NCBI GenBank assembly: GCA_965215125.1 | Contig: OZ244052.1 | Location: forward strand, 384,001-448,000 | Direction: 5' to 3' | Origin: an uncultured candidatus Porisulfidus sp. | GTDB lineage: Bacteria; Pseudomonadota; Gammaproteobacteria; Poriferisulfidales; Oxydemutatoraceae | Length of the DNA stretch: 64,000 nucleotides | Part shown: positions 53,301-58,490 of the stretch, piece by piece | How the letters are laid out: the number at the start of each line of letters is the position of its first letter | Position numbering within the stretch: the first letter of the stretch is position 1 | Notes under the pieces: model-generated | Databases searched by the model: none | The model's input: the letters and a program-made list of their open reading frames with translations, nothing else | What the model was told of the DNA's origin: nothing | Program-made: the position numbers and the translations under genes

Positions 53301-55624
53301 TGTATCGCATCTCCGATATCCTGCCATAGCGTAGCCGACGGCAACTTGTACTGCCATTGATAACTAAAACTATTAGGATCGACGCCACCGTCGGGCTCCA
53401 TAGATGAATCGGCTTCGCTGATATCTGCAACCGTCAATATCCCCTCGCGATAGGTCGGAGCAGCTAAAACCTTTATACCACTGCCGTTTGTTTTGACTAT
53501 CGTCAGCGTCGTACTTCGGGTTACAATTGTCCGACCGGCACGCACTTCCACTTGCAACACAACGGGGGTCCGGTCGACATCTCGGGAAACAAAATCGTCG
53601 GGTATGTCTATATCCAGTTCGGCTTGCCGAGTGTTTAAGTCTTTTAATAAATCGGGTTGCGTCGGTGAGACTTGACTCCAGCGATAACGCACTCGCCGCT
53701 GATCCGGCTCGGAGGTTGAAACACTCAACGCAATGCGCCGACCTTCGCTCACCCTATAATCCGAACGATCGCTACTAATCGTTGCTTGTAAGTCGGATCG
53801 ACGTATCACCCAAATCCGATAGTGCCTCGCTATCGTAATTAAGGTCGGCTCGGGGGCTACATTCAAAATAATCGATACCGCCTCGCCGTTATTCACCGAA
53901 GACAAACCGATTTTCTCGTCCTTAAGAATACTAATCGTCTGCGTGCTATTCGCTATCGTAGGGCTGAACCTTATCTCTGTTACACTATCGTCGCTTAAGT
54001 TCACACGATAATCAAAGGTCTGCGGATTAAACGCAGGAGATAAGCTCAACCCGTCTAATACAAGCAAACCCGAGAGCATGATGTGCTGACCCGACAATAG
54101 GTGTCCCTTTTCAGAACCCTCGCTATGTCTGAGTATCGGGTATTGTTCGCCGGTGCCGAACTCCCAATCGGCAACATCCCATCGTTCAAAGGTCTCGCCC
54201 GGTAGACCGGGAGCAGTCGGTGATTTTAGCTGTGCAGTAGTTCGCAAACTACCGCCGGCACTGAACGATATCCCGGTAGCCTCGCTATTCCAATAACTGT
54301 GTATTACACGCACCATGTCGGCATGCCTTGTTTGGTGTGCATAATTCCATGCTATCAACCCCCCGGCATGCTCACCGCTTGCGACAACCCGACCGTTTGC
54401 AAAACTGTCGGAGACGATGCCTTGATTACTGCCGACCAAACCACCGACTCTATGCACACCGCCTACATAACCGCTTGAGTATGTATTGCTTATTTGACCG
54501 CCCTCGTTCCAACCGACCAAACCGCCCACATCGCTATCGCCGTCTATGCGACCCTGCGCAAAACTATTGGTGATTTCACTATTCCTGTTCCAACCGACCA
54601 GACCTCCCGTATAAAGATTGCCCGAAACCGCACCGCTTGCCCGACTATCGGCAACTCTACCGCTGCGGTTATTCGCACCGGCCAACCCACCGCTATACGA
54701 ACCATCGCTTATTACTTTGCCTTCGGCATGGCTTGCACTAATCCGAGCATGGTTGAGACCGACTAAACCGCCGATATAATCACGCCCTTTTGCAGTCCCG
54801 TCGGCACGACTGTTTGTCAGTGCACCTCGAGAGTTAAGACCGACTAAACCGCCGACTTGGTTGACACCGGATACACTCGTATCGGCAACGCTATACCTAA
54901 TATGCCCTTCGTTATGACCCACCAGACCGCCGAGACTATGACCGCCACCCTCTACACGCTCAAGTATGACATCGCCGTTGAGTATCGTCCCGGCATTGGC
55001 ACCGAACAAACCGCCGACAGTGTTGCCCACACCGATTAGACGACCCCCTTCCACACCGATATAAGAAACACCCCCGGCGTTATGACCGGCTAAACTACCG
55101 ATGTATGAATTCCCTGTGATGTTGATTTGCGACAATACCAAATCGCTGATTTTGGCCGGCTTAGTCGTTGCCTTGAATAAACCGACATAATCCGACGGCC
55201 TGTTGATGTAAAGGTTGGCTATCGTATGACCGTTGCCTTCAAACCTTGCGCTAAAGAAACTCAGCCGATCGCCTATAGGCAACCAACCTAAACCACTCGT
55301 CCATGCTTCTTTGTTGATGATGTTGCGGTAGTCATCGGAAACATTGAAGTCTAGATCGTCGCGCAACTCGTAGCCGTTGCAACCGCTTTGCGGACACCCC
55401 GCAGTGATCTTGACTGCGTCAAAACTTTCTCTATAGCCGGTGCCGTCAAGCTGATAGCGAACTGCGTTCAAGGCGTCCAAGTCGCATAGCTCTATCAAGC
55501 CATCGTTATCTTGATCTATATCGGTTGTATAATTACATTGAAGGTAACGTTGCGCAATAGCAATATCCGAAAAAATCGCCGCAAGCAGAAAAATGCCACT
55601 TACAGACGAGCTAAACAATCTCAT
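38348..55624 (-). CDS. Giant secreted GLUG-repeat / cadherin-like beta-sandwich adhesin-like protein, copy A (5758 aa)
   Basis: Uninterrupted ORF with a GAGGTG Shine-Dalgarno before the ATG and a signal peptide ending IAIA|QR. Same architecture and C-terminus as B and C. Confidence 0.9.
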   Translation of the reverse strand: MRLFSSSVSGIFLLAAIFSDIAIAQRYLQCNYTTDIDQDNDGLIELCDLDALNAVRYQLDGTGYRESFDAVKITAGCPQSGCNGYELRDDLDFNVSDDYRNIINKEAWTSGLGWLPIGDRLSFFSARFEGNGHTIANLYINRPSDYVGLFKATTKPAKISDLVLSQINITGNSYIGSLAGHNAGGVSYIGVEGGRLIGVGNTVGGLFGANAGTILNGDVILERVEGGGHSLGGLVGHNEGHIRYSVADTSVSGVNQVGGLVGLNSRGALTNSRADGTAKGRDYIGGLVGLNHARISASHAEGKVISDGSYSGGLAGANNRSGRVADSRASGAVSGNLYTGGLVGWNRNSEITNSFAQGRIDGDSDVGGLVGWNEGGQISNTYSSGYVGGVHRVGGLVGSNQGIVSDSFANGRVVASGEHAGGLIAWNYAHQTRHADMVRVIHSYWNSEATGISFSAGGSLRTTAQLKSPTAPGLPGETFERWDVADWEFGTGEQYPILRHSEGSEKGHLLSGQHIMLSGLLVLDGLSLSPAFNPQTFDYRVNLSDDSVTEIRFSPTIANSTQTISILKDEKIGLSSVNNGEAVSIILNVAPEPTLITIARHYRIWVIRRSDLQATISSDRSDYRVSEGRRIALSVSTSEPDQRRVRYRWSQVSPTQPDLLKDLNTRQAELDIDIPDDFVSRDVDRTPVVLQVEVRAGRTIVTRSTTLTIVKTNGSGIKVLAAPTYREGILTVADISEADSSMEPDGGVDPNSFSYQWQYKLPSATLWQDIGDAIQMRYQIPTVLSEINNIGYRVWLDYRDNQGYDHRIVSEPVSVMKVVEDDGFRDIYYLEDLNAIRNQLNGKYKLVRDLDFNSDASYRDPINKAQWTVADYGNDADTGWLPIGISKNRFTGIFNGDGHTIFNLQINRDDADYQGLFGALGSAASIRNIGLPNVRIEGRQYIGGLAGSNFGTIINSYANGSVLATSNVGGLVGLNGIASRVINSYADGDVRGNVFVGGLIGINRGSITNSYADGEVSGNSSVGGLVGTNQIAAAMVSNSYAVGRVQGSGGGLVAINGGSIRASYWNVEIGGVQNGHGSGQSTRQMQLPTASIGIYEEWDDADWDFGNSAQYPILKYAPGPDGDACGVPGLPQCGELISPRLRYGLRSLATADGVVLSPEFDIEAQNRSGIYIGSLRSTDNAIRLIPTTIEPTAPINFRIGDDKTVYDRIRSGETSKAISLSAIGMTRIHIEVQGTVTVGYTLYIDYQNTAEFTPINYLEDLRAIHRRPQASYKLARDLDFEDSESYLDPLNRIFWTVDNYQDAGDAGWVPIGNESEPFAGRFDGNGYTISGLQINRDDADNQSLFGVTTASAVISNIGLLNLKIEGGAKVAGLIGTNHGRVVNSYVSGSVVSKSMEGTAGGLVASNEHGDIIGSYALGQVSGFSSVGGLVGDNNGRIINSHGDSIVTPGLAGSRFGGLVGRNRSLIANSYASGKILTRSSIKGGLVGWNGSEAQIINGYATVSIVGAIAGGLVGYNLGAIKNSYAIGKLGGGSNTRGSLVGINASDASDAIIESYWNTDTIAAGSRNGMGQTSAQLQSSTPTMPTNSIYKDWDTDDWDFGTDKQYPTLKYAPGSDKAACGLSELPQCGDLISPGLRYGLRSLSAAGNARFFTPVDIEKLNQNNVYSITILNDRPIVRLIPVAMESTAHIHVIGDIRETLDSHDTSLPISLKNGEVKEVIIEVEGTRTVGYTLYLSYSGHRLIDADGDGLVDINYLEDLDAIRYQLDGSGYRANIGSDKITLGCPREGCRGYELLRDLDFNDVGSYRNAEENMGRWTGINNWFPIQGPFTAILKGNNKTIANLSVGTNGGLFATIGSDSRVAYIDGIGLTGVNIKGDVVAGIAASCKRCTISNSYVIGDIEGVAAAAGLVNTISATSDGHARISNSYFIGNLAVDGRSAVAGGLVGDVDSDLTITDSYVVGEIAGKHDDGFIGGLIGVRSSSAVEIGNSYASVSATKADVPQGLFGGNRDPSDQRAPTAKAIYLDKDISRTNVTLGESKRTVVLQSPTSATGIYTSWSGDNWDFGSDEQYPAVKYNLRADSTDSDAYCDAASTQNRPADCGTLLRHQGSLLRELKLSEGAGLSGPFAFTSFDYGISVNADRSTIRMLPTAFNAIASIEVFKDGTSIGETDSGEWTVPIPLNDTGDTVFSLVVKDGKRHSYRYRFVVDRLDIVVQSIDEDDDGFIDISNATHLNAVRHRMDGDAYQESETADAIYCSSGCIGYELTADIDLAGIGWQPIGSPSEPFTGLFRGNGYTISNLTIKANNTDNMGLFAAIGAGGRVENLGLVNVDIAGQSLIGSIAAFNSGTIINSYADGKLVDSGGGINVVGGLVGRNRLGKIVNSYAYVNIEATTGFVGGLVGEIQGGSIVNSYAGGDVRVNSGIAGGLVGTNGSGSSIVNDSYAAGDVQVDNGRVGGLVAVSSGEGTFNNSYYRKGAVISGIDSLVGIDKTAAALKAGVPSDDIYTGWDRADWHFGNAEQYPALLYAAGDDKDNRACETSPADMKLPTCGTLLPGQRTGLTRMELSKNAHLTPSFNPEIYDYDLVVDSGITFRITPTAYYDTDTITIDAGSLHSSTSSGQSSLFTLSDDLDGIVITVRSANQSMSTFYTIRVLHNIEVVDGLITIDYLEDLNLMRNPIERLSNVLEDCPIDTEDNMRRCKGYKLSRDLDFNDPGSYRVGRVNSMWTTGAGWQPIGNRSNPFGSLLNGNAHTISNLRIHDIPAGDIGLFGVSADGARIENIGLLAADINVNGQSNIGALVGENRGEIVSSYVIGGDVRGASYVGGLTGRNSGVIVNSYTNATVAGTNFVGGLAGGSQSGSRIYNSYAKGTVSGNEFVGGLVGLSQISILNSYADVAVIGSRSVGGLVGGASNSIISSYAIGKISGRSEGLIGSVRINFSAIQSYWDVGTSTVRDDNNNFNGIGKTTTELQTAAIGEGIYSRWHRNDWYSESGQYPVLRYTSATDIITRPACLEAEDADTALPVCGTWLPNQRIGLSNIARSNLPGQVLLLRPDFNSGIYDYELILKSDAREFSIIPYTFNPNAVIVVNDDSETNPRQELRSGKTLSLIIDNLNNFLLTLTVEDPLVSMTTQTTIYRFEVSKHPFITVNDIDEDNNGLIEVRSAEDLNAIRYQLDGSGYKASRDDMKITEGCPETGCEGYELAQDLDLSDAMRFAYWQPIGYIALNGDADECNHPSNRCFSGIFDGKNRTISNLRTDRSNIENVGLFAALADGAQVRNVNLADVEVGGRFGVGSLTAYNAGIINNSSVDGTVVGEHAVGGLVAYNVGRISNSYAYGAVSGGRIVGGLVARNESTGVITNSYSLSRVSGDTGIGGLAALNLGSIANTYASGGVEGVALIGGLIGDNGGSVRDSYATADIVCTGVPACTSYTVATGGLIGSNVGGIAVNSYWDIATSNLHESAGGVGKTTVQLQSGTGQSSDAGRVYYRWDDSDWHFGDVNRYPILKYTTNTESTLTGLQSYGLTSLTIAEVVTLSPNFDTTKLYYRIGVELDVNIKQLHLTPNALDEDATIRIVSDNGFDETVKTGTSSSAIVLRSTATTVISVEVSGARRIRYRFEVDYFSSGFEEDVDTDKDGLIDILTLEDLDAIRNALDGRSLRHQNADGVLIESAKGCPMTGCKGYELLRDLDFDNPAHYRAGSVNTAWTTGSGWQPIGTSLHPFTAIFKGNGYTISNLRVNRPDSDYIGLFGVLDGSKSDVVIEGIGLTGVDIVGGAHVGGLVGTNRAGDIRRSYVSGSVTTRGNGTSAMVGGLVGRNVAGSITESYAETQVKANLAAGLSVALAGGLVALNDNRSRIENSYAVGSVIGWETIGGLVAINQGSSEIINSYAVSRTIGIGEISTVGGLVAVNDAVVDDSYWDIEASGIASGAAGTSATTAVLRSSTPTSPINSIYKNWDADVWEFADANRYPELKAIADVPLLAPEGKSLLQSLTLSNNVQLFPSFHPLIFDYDLIAEAARMTEVQVDTTSTRVSTTIDIACRNGLICSSSIPTSFVLDGSHTPEITITTHNPDAGELSYNFLVRYHKLTVRRVTATTTTIVLLSLSVAEGEHVHLIASYDFGLSADSYRYRWPVDARNVVLDFTVPGDIVSKQDDSRVIRLTAEIDIDGVYISRTISLIVSKQNNDTADRIRLIEDNDKPYTYVVRLEREDGSDFVDRDGGLAETHIQWQRRRSDAEDWINVGSESTYTIPNEGAYQYRALATYEDNQGHREQLASRVIDYLDIDDDNDGLIEIRYLEDLDAIRYQLDGTGYKATESADKITTGCPLVNGAEKCRGYELMNDLDFTDDASYRTPNPSLLKNSWTVSDFRDASDLGWQPIGGVFNAVFNGNVYTISNMQINRSVGYQSNIGLFSIIGAVGRVKNFRLVDPTIKGLFGIKNVGGIAGRIERGGVIMNSHVVGDVEAGNTDKIITGDVGFGNGIGFIGGMVGWNKGFILNSYAKINVIAEDSGSPNTKRVGVGGLVGRNIDGGKVYNSYATGEVKGPCIVGGLVGNQFSTNSNELPKRSEIKNSYTTGNVETGFGTCVNSNDRVAGGLVGVNNNSTVENSYTLGEVSGGGTLSNLIARGSAPINSYWDSGTTNIGDDSTDRATIRLISALKPGTAETDVYYRWSTDDWHFGNAEQYPALKYGVGLDTANPGCDTNPGTALPSCDSLLSGQIPDALLLDSLSLSANSRDVRLTPNFMPSRFNYEAMIDAEIVPVAIKIAAGAGEGTVITIRKDHGSALTGQSDGTVQISAEDSFKLKVETLLGSNRGASYQVQVRLKYSPQPGILKIVNGSTPTELIKGNILSLSEGDVVRFDASKSFGQSNSRLDYRWSQVSGKTLLSGIQTTSTIEFTVPTDFVATDEDDSTVVLKLELSESNNPLTTVSREVPLLVRKINNGNAESSVKWISSNTLSAEDLSNDIDGGPLTDIGYLWSLEQNGRFVAIPGATRKSYTPLENARNAQYRLSISYTDGQGYRTNIHYDAPRFATIVNFVDKDNDGLIEIETLEDLNAVRYQPDGSGYRASSTTIMMTTGCPLVNGVEKCRGYELVRDLDFLDDASYSSTANKVAWTTAAAWQPIGDHTKPFTGIFDGNGFTIANLMIDRADRDYIGLFGVVEGTNAEIKRVGLIDVYVVGNQQVGGLIGLMERGRIVDSYVRGTVAGFSLNIGGLIGFVDSSVDIERSYTMANVVAKRADNVGGLVGFCQGNIRNSYAASNVTVTGFIVGNIGGLVGLGTGNIDNSYALGNVMVTGFIVRNIGGLVGFHAGNIRNSYAASNVTASGSDIGGLIGGGSTNPIRSYWKMDADNPIGSANSIATNLNYRGFTSDNLKAPVAAGTINRDAYYDWNTDQWDFGTADEYPALKYHDNTCGTSTPSPDCGRLLLHQRIGLRALKLEQNVGAGHLYFSPDFDPAVTTYTVSVHADASELRVTPIAANPDASIIADDRVLPTNDTDYSVSLDTSEPTSTVIRVATSNAAGMEAPVVYKLTINNNRLPRISINAPASIVEGETFALNAAIADPEGAELSYSLSMIPNLLSDIQRSTGTVVGRADLRYELNIPSDLLGEMQSINDVDIVLTVDDGLGVVDETVRLTIVKENNGVISVPAPTLNGFRYTIAGIDLSSDSDGTNPTPEIAYRWQKELLGSWLDIDGATDQSHTVEGIIGNRYRVLIDYTDKQGYRHRGLASPAMSAPQQFIYNVVRSRGVLRTSVVRSTDIFVNIRVFPEGLLR
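39694..39910 (-). repeat. 90/180-bp periodic internal repeats in the copy-A-specific module 10
   Basis: AAGCCACCTATATTTCYGACGATAAATCCGGTTACCRTCACATTGC occurs at ~39750 and ~39840. GNIRNSYAASNVT is encoded twice, 180 bp apart. Confidence 0.8.
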
Positions 55625-55656
55625 AGGGCAGCACCTCTATCTATATACCCCCTCTT

Positions 55657-55729
55657 ATAATATTCCTCCTCGCTACCTTAAAATATTTCTATATTCCCCC
55701 TTTTGTAATAATATTCCTCCTTGCTACCT
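55657..55729 (-). repeat. 22-bp direct repeat AGGTAGCRAGGAGGAATATTAT (x2, 51-bp period) in the leader of copy A
   Basis: 55657-55678 and 55708-55729 differ at one base and sit within a longer imperfect duplication. Confidence 0.8.
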
Positions 55730-55842
55730 AATCTAATTAAAAACAATACTGCTTTAACTAATATGTTATTAGAAAAATGTATTTCTCAATAGATACTTTT
55801 AGCATATTTTGCTTGTAAATACAAAATTATATACATTGAAAT

Positions 55843-55945
55843 ATCGGAGTAGGCAACCCCAAACTCTTAGTCAAATTCGCAGGTACCGATAAGGCGGTGC
55901 TTATGGTAATCGGAGTAGCTAACTAAAACCTCTTAGTCGAATTCG
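55843..55945. repeat. 37-bp imperfect direct repeat overlapping the gloB stop codon and flanking a small hairpin
   Basis: ATCGGAGTAG-N11-CTCTTAGTCRAATTCG at 55843-55879 and 55909-55945 (30/37 identical by hand count). A bulged hairpin lies between them at 55884-55908. Confidence 0.65.
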
Positions 55946-56739
55946 GTATCTTTCCAATGGCGCACTGCGCCGAAAACCTCGGCTTCGGTATTTAAGGCTC
56001 GGCCGGCGTAGCGTTCTGCCGCTTTTATTACATCGGGTTGATCGAAGCGCAGAAAAGGATTGGTTTCACACTCGTAGGCTAATTGCGAGGGTACCGTATA
56101 TTTCTTTGCCTTGCGCAGTGCTTTTGCTTCTTGCTCGCGTGCCGATAAATTTGCGTTGTCGGGTTCCACCCACTTTGCGAACTCAATATTATCGAGCGTG
56201 TATTCATGCGCACAATAGATTTCGGTTATAGGCGGCAATGTTTTTACTTTACTTAGCGATGCGTGCATCTGTAGCGGCGTGCCTTCGAACAAACGTCCAC
56301 AACCGCACGCAAAGACCGTATCGCCACAAAATAACCGCGGCACCACGAAATTCGAGGCGTCAACATAGTATGCGATGTGCGTCGCTGTATGACCGGGCAC
56401 TTCCATTACCTCAAAAGAGGCTTGCAGAAAATCAAGCGTGAAACGAGACTGTTCGTGCACCACATGTCGGACCATCGGAATACGCGGATCCTCCGGACCG
56501 TAGACTTGTACTGCCGGATAATGCTCCATCAGCCGCTCGACACCGCCGATATGGTCGGCATGGTGGTGGGTAATCAAAATTGCAGACAATTCCAGTGCAT
56601 TCTTTTGAAGTACTTCTAGCACCGGTACGGCATCGCCGGGGTCTACGATTGCCGCATGGTTATCGCCGTCCCCCGTTAACAGCCATAGATAGTTATCTGC
56701 AAATGCCGGAATCGCCTGCACATGCCACATAACCGTCAT
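55933..56739 (-). CDS. gloB: Hydroxyacylglutathione hydrolase (glyoxalase II)
   Basis: AFADNYLW, VDPGDA, the THHHADHIGG metallo-beta-lactamase motif, PGHT, LFCGDTVFACGCGRLFEGT, CAHEYT and NPFLR. Confidence 0.95.
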   Translation of the reverse strand: MTVMWHVQAIPAFADNYLWLLTGDGDNHAAIVDPGDAVPVLEVLQKNALELSAILITHHHADHIGGVERLMEHYPAVQVYGPEDPRIPMVRHVVHEQSRFTLDFLQASFEVMEVPGHTATHIAYYVDASNFVVPRLFCGDTVFACGCGRLFEGTPLQMHASLSKVKTLPPITEIYCAHEYTLDNIEFAKWVEPDNANLSAREQEAKALRKAKKYTVPSQLAYECETNPFLRFDQPDVIKAAERYAGRALNTEAEVFGAVRHWKDTEFD

Positions 56740-56760
56740 GCCTTCTCTAGAAAACCACTC

Positions 56761-56982
56761 TTAGGATCTTTCTATCTTAACCGGCCGTTCGGAAACAATT
56801 GTTGAAATAGCGTGCTTATATACTATTTGTGAACTGCCGTTTTTTAGCAAAATAATGAACGAGTCATAAGATTCTATTTTGCCTTGCAACTTAATGCCGT
56901 TTACCAAATAGATCGAAACAGAAGTTTCTTCTCTTCTAAGCGCGTTCAAGAAAGGTTCTTGTATATTTTCCGCTTTTGCCAT
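56761..56982 (-). CDS. hfq: RNA chaperone Hfq
   Basis: [24 protein letters not shown] (Sm1) and YKHAISTIV (Sm2), with a GGAGG Shine-Dalgarno. Confidence 0.96.
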   Translation of the reverse strand: MAKAENIQEPFLNALRREETSVSIYLVNGIKLQGKIESYDSFIILLKNGSSQIVYKHAISTIVSERPVKIERS

Positions 56983-57092
56983 TTATTTTTCCTCCATTGA
57001 TTGTAGTTTTTGTTCTAGCCTTTCATTGGGTGTTTTCAGCAACCAGAAATTCTATAGCAATACCATATTGTAACATAGCTTAGCGTTTAGGG

Positions 57093-57977
57093 CTAGGAAC
57101 ATTTAACGATTGCAATACCTCTTAAAAAACTTTTATCGTTGGTATTAAAACTTCGGTCGTCGGACAGTGTATTTTCTATAGTCCATACTTTGCCGGTGCC
57201 GGATGCCGTCCATTGTATAGAGGTCACCGGTCGCCCGGATGGATTCCCTATATTGGCGGACGTTATATAAATTTTCGGCGAAGTGCAATTGGGTTTAGTA
57301 ATCGTATCACCGGCGCGAACGAGTTCGATGTTTTCCACCGTTTTACCCAAGCTGTGCTTTCGGCTTAGCTCAAAATCATCTCCTTGTGCCTTAGCGATGC
57401 CGACGATATTATGCCCATCTAGGTTCATATCGCCGGTCATCGCATGCGAACCGTCGAGCTTATAATAATCGTTTAATAGTTGTTTGAACACGGTGATGTC
57501 CGCCGGCAACGTCCAGTTGGATGTCAGGCTTTGATTACCGTTTGCTAAAAGCGACGGACTATTGATACTCGGTGTTCTAGTTCCGATATAATACGCCCAT
57601 GTCTCTAAGCTCCGAGGCATCTCCATGCCAATCGTGAATATTTTGTCGGTGCAGCGCATCGTATAACGCACCGCGGGAAACGGTGAATTTTGATCGACGC
57701 TCAACTCTTGCATCGTAGTATCGGCAAGTGCACCCACGCATCGGTTCGCATAGTCCGGCCAAGAACCGGTTTGTGCATAAACCGTTTGCGCTTGATTACC
57801 GATTAGCGTAATCTCCTCGACCAGCGCATCCGAGAGCTTTTGGTTTAACTCGCTAATGTCGGCTTCCAACTTAAACGCCGCATAACTGGAAACCAAAATT
57901 GATAATATAGCAACCGTGATCAAAGTTTCTATCAGTGTAAAACCGCATTGCTTTTTTATCTTATCGTCATGCAACAT
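57093..57977 (-). CDS. Minor pilin / PilV-like pilus tip protein
   Basis: Prepilin motif G|FTLIE with a hydrophobic helix. YYKLDGSHAMTGDMNLDGHNIVGI and ITKPNC...C segments resemble type IVb PilV-like tip proteins. Confidence 0.7.
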   Translation of the reverse strand: MLHDDKIKKQCGFTLIETLITVAILSILVSSYAAFKLEADISELNQKLSDALVEEITLIGNQAQTVYAQTGSWPDYANRCVGALADTTMQELSVDQNSPFPAVRYTMRCTDKIFTIGMEMPRSLETWAYYIGTRTPSINSPSLLANGNQSLTSNWTLPADITVFKQLLNDYYKLDGSHAMTGDMNLDGHNIVGIAKAQGDDFELSRKHSLGKTVENIELVRAGDTITKPNCTSPKIYITSANIGNPSGRPVTSIQWTASGTGKVWTIENTLSDDRSFNTNDKSFLRGIAIVKCS

Positions 57978-57992
57978 AATCCCTGCTATGCC

Positions 57993-58490
57993 TCAATTAA
58001 TTAAATAATCGTTTAACCTTAGGGCACGACTACGCTCGGCTCGTATCATTTTTGTTAACGAGATTTCGTCTTTACTCCCGCTCAGGCTTCGCCTCTGCAC
58101 AGGATAGCCGGCGGATGCGATTTCGTCGGCGACGAGAAACTTGACTTGTATATATTTCTCGGCAAAGCGTATCTTAAAGTCATCTCTTGCATGACCGGTG
58201 GTTATTTGTGCGATCCGATCGGCAAGCACCTCGCGATCGCTACCCCGTGTTGCCGCCTGTAGCTGTTCGATATTCAAATCGCCGGTAGAACGAAAGCCTC
58301 CGATGTGTAAATTACGCGCATACACCGATATACTCTCGGCTTTTCGGTAATGTTCCCGAAACTCTAATTCCGCCAGTTGTAAATCTACATCGCCCATCGT
58401 GTGGGCAATCGTAATACCGGCCAAAACGGCAAGCACAGCAACCACGAGCAACACTTCTATCAGTGTATATCCGAATATTCTCGTGATCAT
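57993..58490 (-). CDS. Minor (pseudo)pilin, 165 aa (start corrected from 58706)
   Basis: MITRIFG|YTLIEVLLVVAVLAVLAG prepilin motif. The ATG at 58490 overlaps the upstream TGA (ATGA) and has a GGAGG upstream. Confidence 0.8.
   Translation of the reverse strand: MITRIFGYTLIEVLLVVAVLAVLAGITIAHTMGDVDLQLAELEFREHYRKAESISVYARNLHIGGFRSTGDLNIEQLQAATRGSDREVLADRIAQITTGHARDDFKIRFAEKYIQVKFLVADEIASAGYPVQRRSLSGSKDEISLTKMIRAERSRALRLNDYLIN

Larger units (their letters stand above)
1..55624 (-). repeat. Tandem array of >=4 paralogous giant genes, period ~17.5-18 kb
   Basis: Near-identical DNA recurs at 1-1950, 18054-20000, 36055-38000 and 53607-55530. The 3' ends recur at 2339-3480, 20382-21520 and 38348-39480. 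Confidence 0.97.

Noticed and set aside
731-55039. Dozens of short + strand and alternate-frame ORFs inside the giant genes, several recurring in each copy
   Set aside because: They are shadow ORFs of a repetitive coding strand. They recur only because the host DNA is duplicated and have no recognisable motifs.
1-55624. Diversity-generating retroelement as the source of variation
   Set aside because: There is no reverse transcriptase or short TR/VR pair. The differences are block swaps and indels, and by eye not adenine-specific.
2339-55624. Classification as autotransporter, TpsA/filamentous haemagglutinin, RTX adhesin or ZmpB/IgA1-type protease
   Set aside because: I recognised no C-terminal barrel, TPS domain, RTX nonapeptides or HExxH peptidase domain. 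Only the GLUG-type repeats are shared. An HMM scan should confirm this.
1-55624. The whole array being an assembly artefact of one gene
   Set aside because: The copies have long unique segments, distinct signal peptides and distinct intergenic regions. Local chimerism within near-identical blocks cannot be excluded without long reads.
55641-55945. CRISPR-like short repeats
   Set aside because: There are two unrelated repeat pairs with only two units each, and no cas genes.
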